Positions 18,534-28,040 of a stretch of 64,000 bases of DNA are shown here, piece by piece. The position numbers and the translations under genes were made by a program. Below the pieces are notes generated by a model that worked only from the letters and a program-made list of their open reading frames with translations, did not search any database and was not told where the DNA came from. The DNA is from an uncultured Chloroflexia bacterium (GTDB taxonomy: Bacteria > Chloroflexota > Anaerolineae > Anaerolineales > DRKV01), in contig CAWGNX010000002.1 in assembly GCA_963824065.1 (NCBI GenBank), forward strand, positions 43,243 through 107,242, written 5' to 3'. Numbering within the stretch: position 1 is the first letter of the stretch; every line of letters starts with the position of its first letter.

Positions 18534-19205
18534 ATGGGTGAATGGATTCAATTGAGATTAGCCAATGGTGAAGCGCGGGCGTATGTTGCCGAGCCACACG
18601 CTCCAGACCCTCCCGGGGTGCTGGTGCTGCATGCCTGGTGGGGTTTAAATGATTTTTTCGTAAGTATGTGCGACCGGCTGGCAGAAGCTGGCTTCCGGGC
18701 GGTTGCGCCTGATCTCTTCCAGGGTAAGACTGCCAGCGAGATCCAGCAGGCGGAAGCTCTGGTGGGAGCAAGCGATTCTGATTTTATTTTCCAGGCAGCA
18801 ACAGCCGCATTAGATGACCTGGCTGCCCGGGCGGACGGGAGCGAGGCGGGTTTGGGAGCCATCGGCTGCTCATTCGGGGCAGCCTGGGCGGTGCTGCTGT
18901 CGACCTTGCGCCCGGATGTGCTGCGGGCCGTGGTCGTATTTTACGGCGCGTATGTGGTGGATTTTTCCACGAGCCAGGCCGCCTATCAGGGGCACTTTGC
19001 GGTAAATGACGAGTGGGAGCCTCTGGATGGGGTGCAGGCGATGGAAGCCGCTATGCAGGCTGCGTCTTGCCAAACTGAATTTTATTACTACCCAGCAGCC
19101 GGGCACTGGTTCATCGAGGAAAATCGCCCCGCCGATTTCCGGCCCGAGGAGGCCCGGGAAGCGTGGGAGAGAACCCAGACCTTCCTTCACAAGAAGCTTC
19201 AATGA
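18534..19205 (+). CDS. dienelactone hydrolase family protein
   Basis: GVLVLHAWWGLNDFFVSMCDRLAEAGFRAVAPDLFQG, a later GCSFG nucleophile-elbow-like motif and a C-terminal GHWF are typical of the DLH family. Confidence 0.85.
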   Translation: MGEWIQLRLANGEARAYVAEPHAPDPPGVLVLHAWWGLNDFFVSMCDRLAEAGFRAVAPDLFQGKTASEIQQAEALVGASDSDFIFQAATAALDDLAARADGSEAGLGAIGCSFGAAWAVLLSTLRPDVLRAVVVFYGAYVVDFSTSQAAYQGHFAVNDEWEPLDGVQAMEAAMQAASCQTEFYYYPAAGHWFIEENRPADFRPEEAREAWERTQTFLHKKLQ

Positions 19206-19215
19206 GCAAATAATC

Positions 19216-19251
19216 AAAAAGCTCCGCATCTACAGCGGAGCTTTTTGATTT
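19216..19251 (+). terminator. Rho-independent terminator (bidirectional-looking)
   Basis: AAAAAGCTCCGC-atctaca-GCGGAGCTTTTT forms a perfect stem flanked by an A-run and a T-run, 10 nt after the DLH stop. Confidence 0.7.
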
Positions 19252-19255
19252 CTCT

Positions 19256-19264
19256 TGTTACAAT
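19256..19264 (+). promoter_or_regulatory. extended -10 element TGTTACAAT
   Basis: TG-n-TACAAT lies about 30 nt upstream of ATG 19296. There is no convincing -35. Confidence 0.3.
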
Positions 19265-19295
19265 GTGGGGATTGCAGACGAATTGATTCCGGGAG

Positions 19296-19703
19296 ATGAT
19301 TTGGATGAATGCAGAATCAGTCCATAAGAAAATGCACGTCAAGCCCGGGGTAAAACTGCTGGTGCTGCACGCGCCCGCCGAGCTGGGGCAAGACCTGGCT
19401 GGAGCAACCGGGGATAGCCAGCAGGCAGGCCACACCGCAGGCACATACCCGGCAGTGCTGCTCTTTGTCCAATCCCAGGCAGATCTGGCTGAGCGCGCTC
19501 CGGCAGCCCTGCGGGCGGTCGAATTTGACGGTTTCCTGTGGATTGCTTACCCCAAGCGCAGCTCGCTGATCAAAATCGATATCCACCGCGACCAGGGCGG
19601 GGAACCGGTCAACGCGGCTGGCTGGGTGCCGGTGACCCAGATTGTCATCGACGAGACCTGGTCAGCGCTGCGCTTCCGCCCGAAAGCGCGGGTGAGGAAA
19701 TAA
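19296..19703 (+). CDS. hypothetical protein (DUF3052-like)
   Basis: The pattern KMHVKPGVKLLVLHAP...LLFVQSQADL...GFLWIAYPKRSS resembles DUF3052-type proteins. This comes from memory only. Confidence 0.5.
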   Translation: MIWMNAESVHKKMHVKPGVKLLVLHAPAELGQDLAGATGDSQQAGHTAGTYPAVLLFVQSQADLAERAPAALRAVEFDGFLWIAYPKRSSLIKIDIHRDQGGEPVNAAGWVPVTQIVIDETWSALRFRPKARVRK

Positions 19704-19704
19704 C

Positions 19705-20239
19705 ATGGCAAGTGTGCTGGTAGCCTCGTCCAACCCGGTCAAAATATCTGCTGTGCAGGACGGATTCAGCCGCATCTTCCCTGACCTGCCCCTGGAAGTC
19801 CTGGGGCTGGATGTGCCCTCCGGGGTAGCCGATCAGCCGGTAGGCGATGGGGAGACCCGCCGGGGGGCGCTGAACCGCGCCCGGGAAGCCGCCCGGCAGC
19901 AGCCCGGGCTCGATTTTTTCGTGGGCATCGAAGGTGGGATAGAAGAGGTTCCGGGGGAGCCCATGCCGCGCCTTCGCCTGGGTAGTGGTGCAGAGCAACG
20001 GGCGGGTGGGCTCCGCGCGCAGCGGGTCGTTTGAGCTGCCGCCGGGGGTCGCGGACCTGGTGCGCCAGGGCGTGGAGCTGGGTGAGGCGGACGACCGCAT
20101 CTTCCAGCGTCATGACTCGAAACGCCAGGACGGGGCCATCGGAATCCTCACGGGGGGCGCGATCGACCGGCGCGAGCTGTATGCACATGCGGTTGGGCTG
20201 GCGCTGGTGGTATTTAAAAACCCCGAGCTGTACGGCTGA
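19705..20239 (+). pseudogene. yjjX: inosine/xanthosine triphosphatase (YjjX family), one +1 frame break
   Basis: The N-half (VLVASSNPVKISAV...VPSGVADQPVGDGETRRGALNRA...FFVGIEGGIEE) is in one frame. The C-half (AFAWVVVQSNGRVGSARSGSFELPP...DGAIGILTGGAIDRRELY) is in the next frame. The break is at about 19963-19972. Confidence 0.8.
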
Positions 20240-20242
20240 GCT

Positions 20243-21745
20243 TCAAGAGGGGGAAAAGTAGCGGCTGATCATGGCTGGCAAGTTGTGCGCCCACACCAGC
20301 AGGAGCAAGACCAGCAGCACCGGGTACAGCCGCGGCCAGCGAGATCGGATTTGCTCCAGGAACTCGGCCCCCAACAGGGTCAGCACCAGCAGGCCGTGCA
20401 GCAGGTAGGTTGCTTTGATCGTCGTACCGGTTTCCAGGAACGGATAGCTGATCAAAAAATACAGGTAGAGCACGGCAGAAACCAGCACAAACAGGGTGAG
20501 TCCAAAATAAAACAGGGCGCGCGAACGCTGTTCGGCTTGCGCACGCAGCAGGTGCAGGCCGGCAAGCGCTCCGGTGAGCAGGCCCGCTGCGAACAGCAAG
20601 GTGGGGTAAAGCGAGACCAGGTTCACCCTCCCCAGGTAGGGGTTTATCTCGGCCTGGTTGGCATACCCGAGCAGGCCGAGGTAGGATTTGTCCCGGATAA
20701 AGACCATGTAGCCCCAGTAATCGCCCCACATCTCCGAATAAAAAATAGGGATCAGCATATTATCAAACACACGCCGGGTAGGTTCGCGAAAAAGCTGGAA
20801 ATCATCCAGGCCCGTGTGGCGGTAAAACTCGTAGGGCTGGTTGGCGAAAGAGAAGCCGGACGATTTCTCGTTGAACGCCAGGAATGTATCATAACGGGCG
20901 TATAAATACAGGTAGAACCAGCCGCCGACCAGGAACGCGACGATCAGGCTGGTGGTAAACGCAACCACCAGACCCCGCGCCTGCCGTTTTTCCAGTGCCA
21001 GCACCAGCAGCACCACCAGGCCCAGCGCTGGAAAAAGCATGAAGCCCCACTGGCGGCTGAGGATTAGGAGCCCCAAAATCACCCCCAGTCCAACGCCATC
21101 CTTCCAACCGGCCGTTTCCCGGTTGAACAGGAGCTTCGCCAGCAGGTACAGCGCCCAGGCGGTGAACAACACGACATACGGCTCGCCGCGCACCTGGGCG
21201 AAGGTCTTGTAATACACGGTCAGGGTACCCAATAGTGCAAGTGTGGAGAATCGCAGGGTGCGGCTGCCCGGGCGCAGCTGGATACAAATCTGCAGCAGCA
21301 GGTAGGTAGCCCCCAAGGATAGCAGGACATTGATTCCCTGGGAAAATTTACCGGCTGTTTTGCGGCAGGTTTCAAAGCTTTGTTCGTCAAGCCCGCCGGC
21401 GTTTGCCAGACAGGCTTTATTCACCAAAGAAGGCAAAATATAGGGCAGGGGGGCGGAGAAATACTCGTTTGTGTCCTCGGGACCGGGCAGCCGATCGGGC
21501 AGGGTCTGTATATAAGCGAGGTGGTCGATTGCATCGTAGCCCATTTCCGGGTTGTGGCGCACCGCGTTCACCAGGACAATGAGATTGATCGCCAAAAAGA
21601 GCACGATCACCAGCCAGTCAAAATTGCCAGCCGTCTTGAAAGGCGCCAGGAAGCGCCGGGTGCGGGATATTGGTGGCGAGGAAAGGGATGCATCCATGAA
21701 AAGGTTGGGGTTTATTCCACCGCAAGAGTTGATCGCGGGCGACAA
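20243..21745 (-). CDS. polytopic membrane protein, putative GT-C (ArnT/PMT_2-like) glycosyltransferase
   Basis: 500 aa and more than 10 TM helices, with a periplasmic loop after TM1 (MGYDAIDHLAYIQ). The assignment rests on architecture. Confidence 0.6.
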   Translation of the reverse strand: MSPAINSCGGINPNLFMDASLSSPPISRTRRFLAPFKTAGNFDWLVIVLFLAINLIVLVNAVRHNPEMGYDAIDHLAYIQTLPDRLPGPEDTNEYFSAPLPYILPSLVNKACLANAGGLDEQSFETCRKTAGKFSQGINVLLSLGATYLLLQICIQLRPGSRTLRFSTLALLGTLTVYYKTFAQVRGEPYVVLFTAWALYLLAKLLFNRETAGWKDGVGLGVILGLLILSRQWGFMLFPALGLVVLLVLALEKRQARGLVVAFTTSLIVAFLVGGWFYLYLYARYDTFLAFNEKSSGFSFANQPYEFYRHTGLDDFQLFREPTRRVFDNMLIPIFYSEMWGDYWGYMVFIRDKSYLGLLGYANQAEINPYLGRVNLVSLYPTLLFAAGLLTGALAGLHLLRAQAEQRSRALFYFGLTLFVLVSAVLYLYFLISYPFLETGTTIKATYLLHGLLVLTLLGAEFLEQIRSRWPRLYPVLLVLLLLVWAHNLPAMISRYFSPS

Positions 21746-21793
21746 GGTTGGTGAAATATCAACTCATTATAAACCTTTCTTAAATGATACAAT

Positions 21794-22246
21794 TTGTCTG
21801 TGAGTGACCCGGAGACGAAAAGCGCGCGGAGTTTGCAGGCAGATGCTGCACGGGGAGAGCCAGATAACGCGCCGCGCCCGTATGTCTTTGTGGATGTCCT
21901 TTTCGAAGCCGGTTTGCTTTATCTCAGTGTTGAAAACACGGGTGATCGCCCCGCATTTGGGGTGAAGGTGGATTGGAAGCCCGGGCTGCGTGGCCTGGGC
22001 GGCACCCAGGAGACATCCGCTCTGCCGCTGTTCAAAGACCTGCCATTCCTGGCACCCGGCAGGTGCATCCGGACATTCCTCGATGACAGCCAGGCGTATT
22101 TCAGAAGGGGGGAACCCACTCGTCTACACGCGCGAGTCACCTATCGTGACGAGGCACGTCACAGCTACCAGCTGGATATCGATTTTAATCTGGAAATTTA
22201 CCGGGACCTGGTTTACCTGCCGCAGGGCAGGAATTCCGGATCATAA
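21794..22246 (+). CDS. hypothetical protein
   Basis: 150-aa ORF with normal composition, directly upstream of the tail-tube-like gene. No family recognised. Confidence 0.5.
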   Translation: MSVSDPETKSARSLQADAARGEPDNAPRPYVFVDVLFEAGLLYLSVENTGDRPAFGVKVDWKPGLRGLGGTQETSALPLFKDLPFLAPGRCIRTFLDDSQAYFRRGEPTRLHARVTYRDEARHSYQLDIDFNLEIYRDLVYLPQGRNSGS

Positions 22247-22293
22247 CAATGCAAAAGGCAAATGCGCGGCGTGTGCAAAAAAGGAGGCATCCG

Positions 22294-22854
22294 ATGGCTG
22301 TTCAGCGTGAGAATCCCTACTCCAACTATAATTTTCTGGTCGACCTGGGCACGGGCGATACAGAAAGTGTGCTGGCAGGTTTTACACAGGTGGTTCTGCC
22401 AGAAATCCAGGTGGAAGTCCTTGAATACCGGAGCGGCAACGAGCGTGTGTCTGCCAGCCGCATGCTGCCGGGGCGGATTAATTATGGCGATCTCGTGCTG
22501 CGCAGAGGTGTGATCGGAGCACTGGATCTCTACGAGTGGATCAATCAGATTCGCATGGGCAGCGTGAATGCGCGGCGCAACGTGCGTATCCAGCTCCAAA
22601 ATGAGGATCAAACAGCCACCGTCTTCACGTGGTTGTTTCGGAATGCCTTTCCGGTAGAATTGAGCTTCAGCGAGCTGGATGCTGTTGATGAGGATATCTT
22701 GATTGAAACTCTGACCCTGGCGGTCGAATCCGTGGAGGTTGAATCGAGCACGGAAAATCAGTTGAAGGAGTTGAAAAACCGGTTGCAAGACCGTGATGGA
22801 TTTACGCTGGATCACGTCTCTGTTGGCATGGGACCAGAGCACGTATATGCCTGA
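22294..22854 (+). CDS. phage tail-tube-like protein (T4 gp19 / TIGR02241 'phage tail region protein' family)
   Basis: AAGGAGG lies 6 nt before ATG 22294. YSNYNFLVDLG...GFTQVVLPEIQVEVLEYRSGNE...LPGRINYGDLVLRRGV...LYEWI...RNAFPVELSFSELDA...ILIETLTLAVESVEV matches the family pattern over about 150 aa. The last ~38 aa of the ORF are not tube-like. Confidence 0.85.
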   Translation: MAVQRENPYSNYNFLVDLGTGDTESVLAGFTQVVLPEIQVEVLEYRSGNERVSASRMLPGRINYGDLVLRRGVIGALDLYEWINQIRMGSVNARRNVRIQLQNEDQTATVFTWLFRNAFPVELSFSELDAVDEDILIETLTLAVESVEVESSTENQLKELKNRLQDRDGFTLDHVSVGMGPEHVYA

Positions 22855-24259
22855 GGGCGGTGCGCCGGCACGCGGCCGCCAGTCAGCGTGGATTTCACAG
22901 CTGGCGCAGGAGAAAATTGCCGACCCGGAAATCGGGCGACTGCTTGACCAGCTTGAGCCGTATGCGCGCAGCCTGCCTGATGACAATGATGATGCTGCAA
23001 TCATCCGGGCCACACGGCGCGAGTACGACCAGCTGATGAAAGTGCCGCCGGATCTCATCGGCGCGGTCTACAGCCATGCCGCTCACAGCTACCAGGTATG
23101 GATCAAAGCCCGCCCGGACAATGATTTTACGGCGGTGCGACCCGAGCTCGAAAAAACCCTGGATCTCAGCCGCCAGCTCGCGGATTGTTTCCCGGGATAC
23201 GAGCACATTGCAGATCCCTTGATCGATTTTGCTGATTATGGGATGAAAGCTTCTGATGTGCGCCGGGTGTTCGGTGAGCTGCGGGAGCAGCTGGTGCCCA
23301 TCGTGCGGGCGATTAGCGCCCAGGAACCCGCCGATGATGCGCCTCTGCGAAACAAATTCGCCAAAGAAAAGCAGCTTGCTTTTTCCGAGTTCCTGTCCCG
23401 GGAAATTGGCTATGATTTCAAACGCGGCCGCCTGGATCTGACCCATCATCCGTTTATGACCAAATTTTCGCTGGGTGATGTGCGCATCACCACCCGGGTG
23501 GATGAGGAAGACCTGGGGAACTGCCTGTTTTCCGTGCTGCACGAATCAGGGCATGCCATGTACGAGCAGGGCATATGCCAGGATTACGAGGGGACCGTGC
23601 TGGCGTGGGGACTTCGGCAGGCGTGCATGAAAGCCAATCGCGCACCTGGGAGAATATCGTCGGGCGCAGCCGGCCGTTTTGGGAGCACTATTATCCCCAG
23701 CTCCAAAAGACCTTTCCCGAACAGCTCGGTCATGAAAACCTGGATCGATTTTACCGGGCGATCAACCGTGTCGAGCGCTCGCTGATCCGCACCGAAGCGG
23801 ATGAGGTCACCTATAATCTGCATCCGATGATCCGTTTCGAACTGGAGCTGCAATTGTTGGAAGGCAGCCTGGAAGTGAAGGACCTGCCGGATGCCTGGAA
23901 TGTCGCGCTATGAGCACGACCTGGGCATTACCCCGCCCGATGACCGGATGGGTGTGATGCAGGACGTGCATTGGTTTTCGGGTATCATCGGAGGTGCGTT
24001 CCAGGGATACACACTCGGGAACATCTTGAGTGCCATGTTCTACGAAAAGACGCTTGCCGCCCATCCTGAAATACCTGATGAAATCGGCCAGGGAAAATTT
24101 GATACGCTGCGCGGCTGGCTGACTGAAAATATCTACCAGTACGGCAGCAAATACACCGCCCCAGAGCTCATCGAACGAGTCACCGGGGGCGGGCTGGACG
24201 TGGATCCCCTTATCCGCTACCTGAAGCAAAAATACGGCGAGCTGTACAACTTGAGCTGA
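22732..24259 (+). pseudogene. M32 carboxypeptidase (carboxypeptidase Taq family) split over at least 3 frame breaks
   Basis: WDQSTYMPEGG, HPF, HESGHAMYEQG (HExxH), GVHESQSRTWEN, IRTEADEVTYNLH and GVMQDVHW all appear in the M32 order, but they alternate between two frames. Breaks are near 22791, 23607-23610 and 23898-23906. Confidence 0.85.
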
Positions 24260-24295
24260 ACAAACACTCTGCGGCGTACTCCCTTGGTTTATTTG

Positions 24296-24334
24296 TGGGG
24301 CACGGATCTCATGATCTGTACCCCAGTTTTTTTT
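24296..24334 (+). terminator. Rho-independent terminator
   Basis: TGGGGCACGGATC-tcat-GATCTGTACCCCA forms a 13-bp stem with 1 wobble and 1 mismatch, followed by G + T8. It lies 37 nt after the M32 stop. Confidence 0.65.
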
Positions 24335-24478
24335 ATTCGCCATACCTGCTGATGCATTCCTATTGAGAAAGAATTGTTTCGCTTGATGATTGATTCCCCG
24401 ATCTACGAGGACGATTATTAAGATACTTTCACCGAACTGCTCGAGCCAGGGTGCCGCGGTCAATTATAATTTCCGCCA

Positions 24479-25489
24479 ATGAAGCAATTCCTGTTATCCC
24501 TGATTGTGTTCCTCTGCCTGAGTGGAGTATTGGCAGCCTGCGCGCCCGCGTCTGCATCGCCCATCCAGCAGGCTGCGACGGCTACCTTCACAACCGAGCC
24601 GCCCACATCCACGGTCGAGGCCACTGCCGCACCGACCCAACGACCGGCAGCGACCCCAACCGGCGAGCCGACCGCAGCGGAAGTCGTTCCCGTGATGCAG
24701 CCCACGGCTACGCTGCCTGAGCCAACTCCGCTGCCCACCCTGGGTCCGGAGGATTGGAAGACCCTGCCCATTATTCCAGAATCCATCAGCGAACGCATGC
24801 GCCAGGTGTACCGTTATGGGTTGGAATTGGGCAACAATCCCACAGCATTTTCAAAAGTGGGCGACTGCGGCAGCACGCCTGCCTGGTTTCTGGGAGACTT
24901 TGACGGACCCCCCGAGTATTACAACCTGGGGAAATATACCGAACTCCAACCTCTGATCGAGACATTCAAGGGTTCCTGGGATCGCACCAGCGTCGCTGCA
25001 AAATCGGGGATGACGACTGCGGCTATGTTCATTCCGCTGTGGACCGGCGCGCAAGAGTGCACCGCCCAGGAATCACCCCTGGAGTGCGAATACCGGCTGC
25101 AGCGGCCCAGTTTCGTGTTCGTGATGCTGGGCACGAATGATGTCTGGCGCCCAGAACGATTTGAGCCCAATCTGCGCATGCTGATCGAGTACTTCCTGGA
25201 TAACGGTGTGGTGCCAATATTATCTACCAAGGCCGATAACCTGGAAAAGGATAGCTCGCTCAACCTGACCATCGCACGCCTGGCGCAGGAATATGAGCTG
25301 CCGTTGTGGAATTACTGGAGGGCAGTCCAGGACACGCCCAACGCGGGCCTGCAGGAGGACGGAGCTCACCTGACCTATGGCCGCAGCTTTTTTGACGACC
25401 CGAATGAGCTGCAAACTGGCTGGACCCAGCGTAATCTGACCGCACTGCAGGTGCTGGATGCTGTGTGGCGCGGGGTTACGGATTCTTGA
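24479..25489 (+). CDS. lipoprotein, SGNH/GDSL-hydrolase-like
   Basis: Lipobox LAAC, then a Pro/Thr-rich linker. KVGDCGS, MLGTNDVW and EDGAHLT are arranged like SGNH blocks I, III and V. Confidence 0.6.
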   Translation: MKQFLLSLIVFLCLSGVLAACAPASASPIQQAATATFTTEPPTSTVEATAAPTQRPAATPTGEPTAAEVVPVMQPTATLPEPTPLPTLGPEDWKTLPIIPESISERMRQVYRYGLELGNNPTAFSKVGDCGSTPAWFLGDFDGPPEYYNLGKYTELQPLIETFKGSWDRTSVAAKSGMTTAAMFIPLWTGAQECTAQESPLECEYRLQRPSFVFVMLGTNDVWRPERFEPNLRMLIEYFLDNGVVPILSTKADNLEKDSSLNLTIARLAQEYELPLWNYWRAVQDTPNAGLQEDGAHLTYGRSFFDDPNELQTGWTQRNLTALQVLDAVWRGVTDS

Positions 25490-25528
25490 TCCTCCGCGTG
25501 GACCGCTTATTTTTAAGGAGAATTAAAG

Positions 25529-26014
25529 ATGGAGACCATCGAACGCCAGGAAAAATTGGAGCTTTATGCCCGGGCTTATGAACTGCTGGTGGATGCACTG
25601 GCACAGTTCCCCCGTGAAATGTGGCATTTTCGAGCCGCACCGGACGACTGGACTATCCATGAGATTGTCATCCATATTGCGGATAGTGAAGCCAACAGTT
25701 ACATCCGGGCACGCCGCCTGGTCGCCGAACCGGGTCTGGCAATCATGGCGTATGATGAAAGCCGCTGGGCGCAGGTGCTTGAATACAACCAGCAGGATGC
25801 GGTGAACGCCCTCGAACTGTTTCGCTGGCTGCGCCAGAGCACATATGACCTGGTGAAAAATCTTCCGGAAGCCACCTGGGGCAACACCGTCGATCACCCG
25901 GAGGCCGGGGTGATCAGCCTGGATGATTGGCTGGAGATCTATTCCCGCCATGTGCCGAACCACATCGAACAAATGGAAAGCGTCTACGCGGCCTGGCTCG
26001 AAAGTACAGCCTGA
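25529..26014 (+). CDS. DinB-family (DinB_2) protein
   Basis: WTIHEIVIHIADSEANSYIRARR...YSRHVPNHIEQM is a typical DinB four-helix-bundle His pattern. Confidence 0.8.
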   Translation: METIERQEKLELYARAYELLVDALAQFPREMWHFRAAPDDWTIHEIVIHIADSEANSYIRARRLVAEPGLAIMAYDESRWAQVLEYNQQDAVNALELFRWLRQSTYDLVKNLPEATWGNTVDHPEAGVISLDDWLEIYSRHVPNHIEQMESVYAAWLESTA

Positions 26015-26104
26015 CCTCACGCAGGGGGTCAAAATACCAGCCTGGTGAAAATGGCCTGGAAAGCGGGCGGCGCGGGTAAGATGCGCTGCCGGGCAGCCTG
26101 CGCT

Positions 26105-27517
26105 TCACAGGGTTCCATCGCTGAAGGTGAAGAGGAACGCCAGGTCATTGACATTGGTTAACGTCGGTCCGGGCTTGAGCAAATCTCCCAATGTTCCAAA
26201 AAAATTATAGGAATCATTGCGCTGCAGGTGATCGGTCACAGATAGGCCCGCCGCGGCGGCGCGTCGCAGGGTCGCCCCGCTCACCACGGCTCCCGCGGCA
26301 TCCGTTGGCCCATCGCCGCCGTCGGTTGCCAGGGTTACCAACAGGACGCCGGGCAGACTATCCAGGTCCTCCACTGCACCCAACGCCAGCTCCTGGTTGC
26401 GGCCTCCGCGCCCATCTCCCTGCAGCTTGACGGTCGTTTCCCCGCCTACGACCAGGCAGGCCGGAGCCGGGAGCGGCTCCCCGCTGGCAACCTGCTGGCG
26501 GGCGATGGACGCCAGCAGGCGTCCCGCCTGGCTGGCTTCACCCTGCAGGTAGGTTGTCAGCAGCAGGCTGAAAAATCCTTCCTGGCGAGCCTGAGCCAGC
26601 ACGGCCCGCGCCGCCTGGAGATTGCTGCCGACGACAACATTGTAGACCCGCTGGAAGAGCGGATCCTCACTTTTCGGGGTATCAGGCAGTTTTCCATCCC
26701 GGCCGCGCCGCAGCCGGTCGTGGATAGCCGGCGACAGGCGGCTGGTCAGATCGTAGCGCTCCAGGATGCTCCAGGCAGCCGCAAACGTGCTGGCGTCGGG
26801 CACAGTTGGGCCGGAGGCGATTACATCCAGCGGGTCACCGATCACGTCCGAAAGGACCATGGTGATCAGCTCAGCCGGGGCAGCGGCGCGCGCCAGCCCA
26901 CCGCCTTTCACTAGGTCCAGATGCTTGCGCAGCGTGTTGATTTCATTGATCGTCGCCCCACTTGCCAGAAGCAAACCGGTCAGAGCCTGGAGGTCGCCCA
27001 GGTTGAGCTCAGGAGCCGGTTGGGTAAGTAAGGCCGAGCCACCACCTGAAATCAAGCAAATGACCAGGTCGGCAGCGGTGGTATTGGTCAGCAGGTCGAG
27101 CAAGCGGCGGGTGGCTGCCAGGCCGCGCTCATCCGGCAGGGGATGGCCGGCTTCCAGAAGCTCCAGGCGCGACCAGTTGGTGGGTAAAGGCAGCTGCGGG
27201 TTCAGGCTGGCATAACCTTCTTTGACAATCACAACCCCGCCGGTAAAGGCATCCTCCAGGCATTCGCTGGCAGCCAGGGCCATCGGGGTACCGGCCTTGC
27301 CCGCACCGACGATATATATATGCGCATAGTCGTCCAGGTAATACAGGCGCTGGTCATCCGGCGGACCAATAAACAGGTGGCGGCCCTCGCGGCGCAGGTG
27401 CATACGCACTGCCTCAGCAGGCTCGACTGCAGCCAGCGCGGCGGACAAAATCCGCTGGATGGCGGCTCCCTGGGGATGAGACGCGAGTGTGGTTGTCGAA
27501 AAATTAAATCCAGGCAT
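26105..27517 (-). CDS. glycerate 2-kinase / hydroxypyruvate reductase family (DUF4147 + MOFRL)
   Basis: IYIVGAGKAGTPMA, LISGGGSALL and VVGGETTVKLQGDGRGGRNQELAL are family hallmarks. 470 aa. Confidence 0.88.
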   Translation of the reverse strand: MPGFNFSTTTLASHPQGAAIQRILSAALAAVEPAEAVRMHLRREGRHLFIGPPDDQRLYYLDDYAHIYIVGAGKAGTPMALAASECLEDAFTGGVVIVKEGYASLNPQLPLPTNWSRLELLEAGHPLPDERGLAATRRLLDLLTNTTAADLVICLISGGGSALLTQPAPELNLGDLQALTGLLLASGATINEINTLRKHLDLVKGGGLARAAAPAELITMVLSDVIGDPLDVIASGPTVPDASTFAAAWSILERYDLTSRLSPAIHDRLRRGRDGKLPDTPKSEDPLFQRVYNVVVGSNLQAARAVLAQARQEGFFSLLLTTYLQGEASQAGRLLASIARQQVASGEPLPAPACLVVGGETTVKLQGDGRGGRNQELALGAVEDLDSLPGVLLVTLATDGGDGPTDAAGAVVSGATLRRAAAAGLSVTDHLQRNDSYNFFGTLGDLLKPGPTLTNVNDLAFLFTFSDGTL

Positions 27518-27578
27518 AGCTTAATTTTATCCGATCTTTGGGGAATGCCAGTGCAGCCGCGCGGGAGTACAATAAACC

Positions 27579-27998
27579 ATGCGTTACTCACAACGAATAC
27601 GGCGATTCCGCTGGCTGGCGGCCGGATTTTTCGGGTTCCTGCTGTTGATTGTTGTGGCTGCTGACAGCGGGCACCTGAGCGGGCTATTTGGTCTCGTGAA
27701 CAGCGTACCGTTCGGGGATACGGTCAGCCATTTTGTCTTGGTTGGCACGCTGAGCCTGCTGGTTAACCTGGCGCTCGGCGGGCGCAAGGTGAAACTGATG
27801 GGCGTTCAGGTTGGATTGGGCATCCTGCTGGTGGGAGTCTTGGTGACGTTGGAAGAGATCAGCCAGATCTGGTTTGCCACGCGGAGTTTTTCACTGCTCG
27901 ATTTGGCGGCTGATTGCGCCGGCATCCTTTTGGGCAGCTGGCTGGCCTCCCGCTGGCAGCGGGCGCAACGACCTCCGGCACACCTCACGGTGCGCTGA
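27579..27998 (+). CDS. VanZ-like membrane protein
   Basis: A 139-aa 4-TM protein with GDTVSHFVLVG and a C-terminal LDLAADCAGILLG, arranged like the VanZ family. Confidence 0.5.
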   Translation: MRYSQRIRRFRWLAAGFFGFLLLIVVAADSGHLSGLFGLVNSVPFGDTVSHFVLVGTLSLLVNLALGGRKVKLMGVQVGLGILLVGVLVTLEEISQIWFATRSFSLLDLAADCAGILLGSWLASRWQRAQRPPAHLTVR

Positions 27999-28040
27999 AC
28001 CCCTTTTGCGCAAACCTGCATTTAACGGTAAAACCAAGCC

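Noticed and set aside
19960-19975. Programmed ribosomal frameshifting as the explanation for the split genes
   Set aside because: There are fourteen breaks in unrelated genes. Many fall at plain homopolymers with no slippery heptamer or downstream structure. Systematic indel error is the simpler explanation.
22213-23058. 281-aa minus-strand ORF in the track
   Set aside because: It is antisense to the tail-tube-like and M32 genes. No motifs.
21794-24259. Prophage or contractile injection system locus
   Set aside because: Only a single tube-family gene is present. No sheath, baseplate, spike, capsid, terminase or integrase gene occurs in the window, and the flanks are ordinary chromosomal genes.
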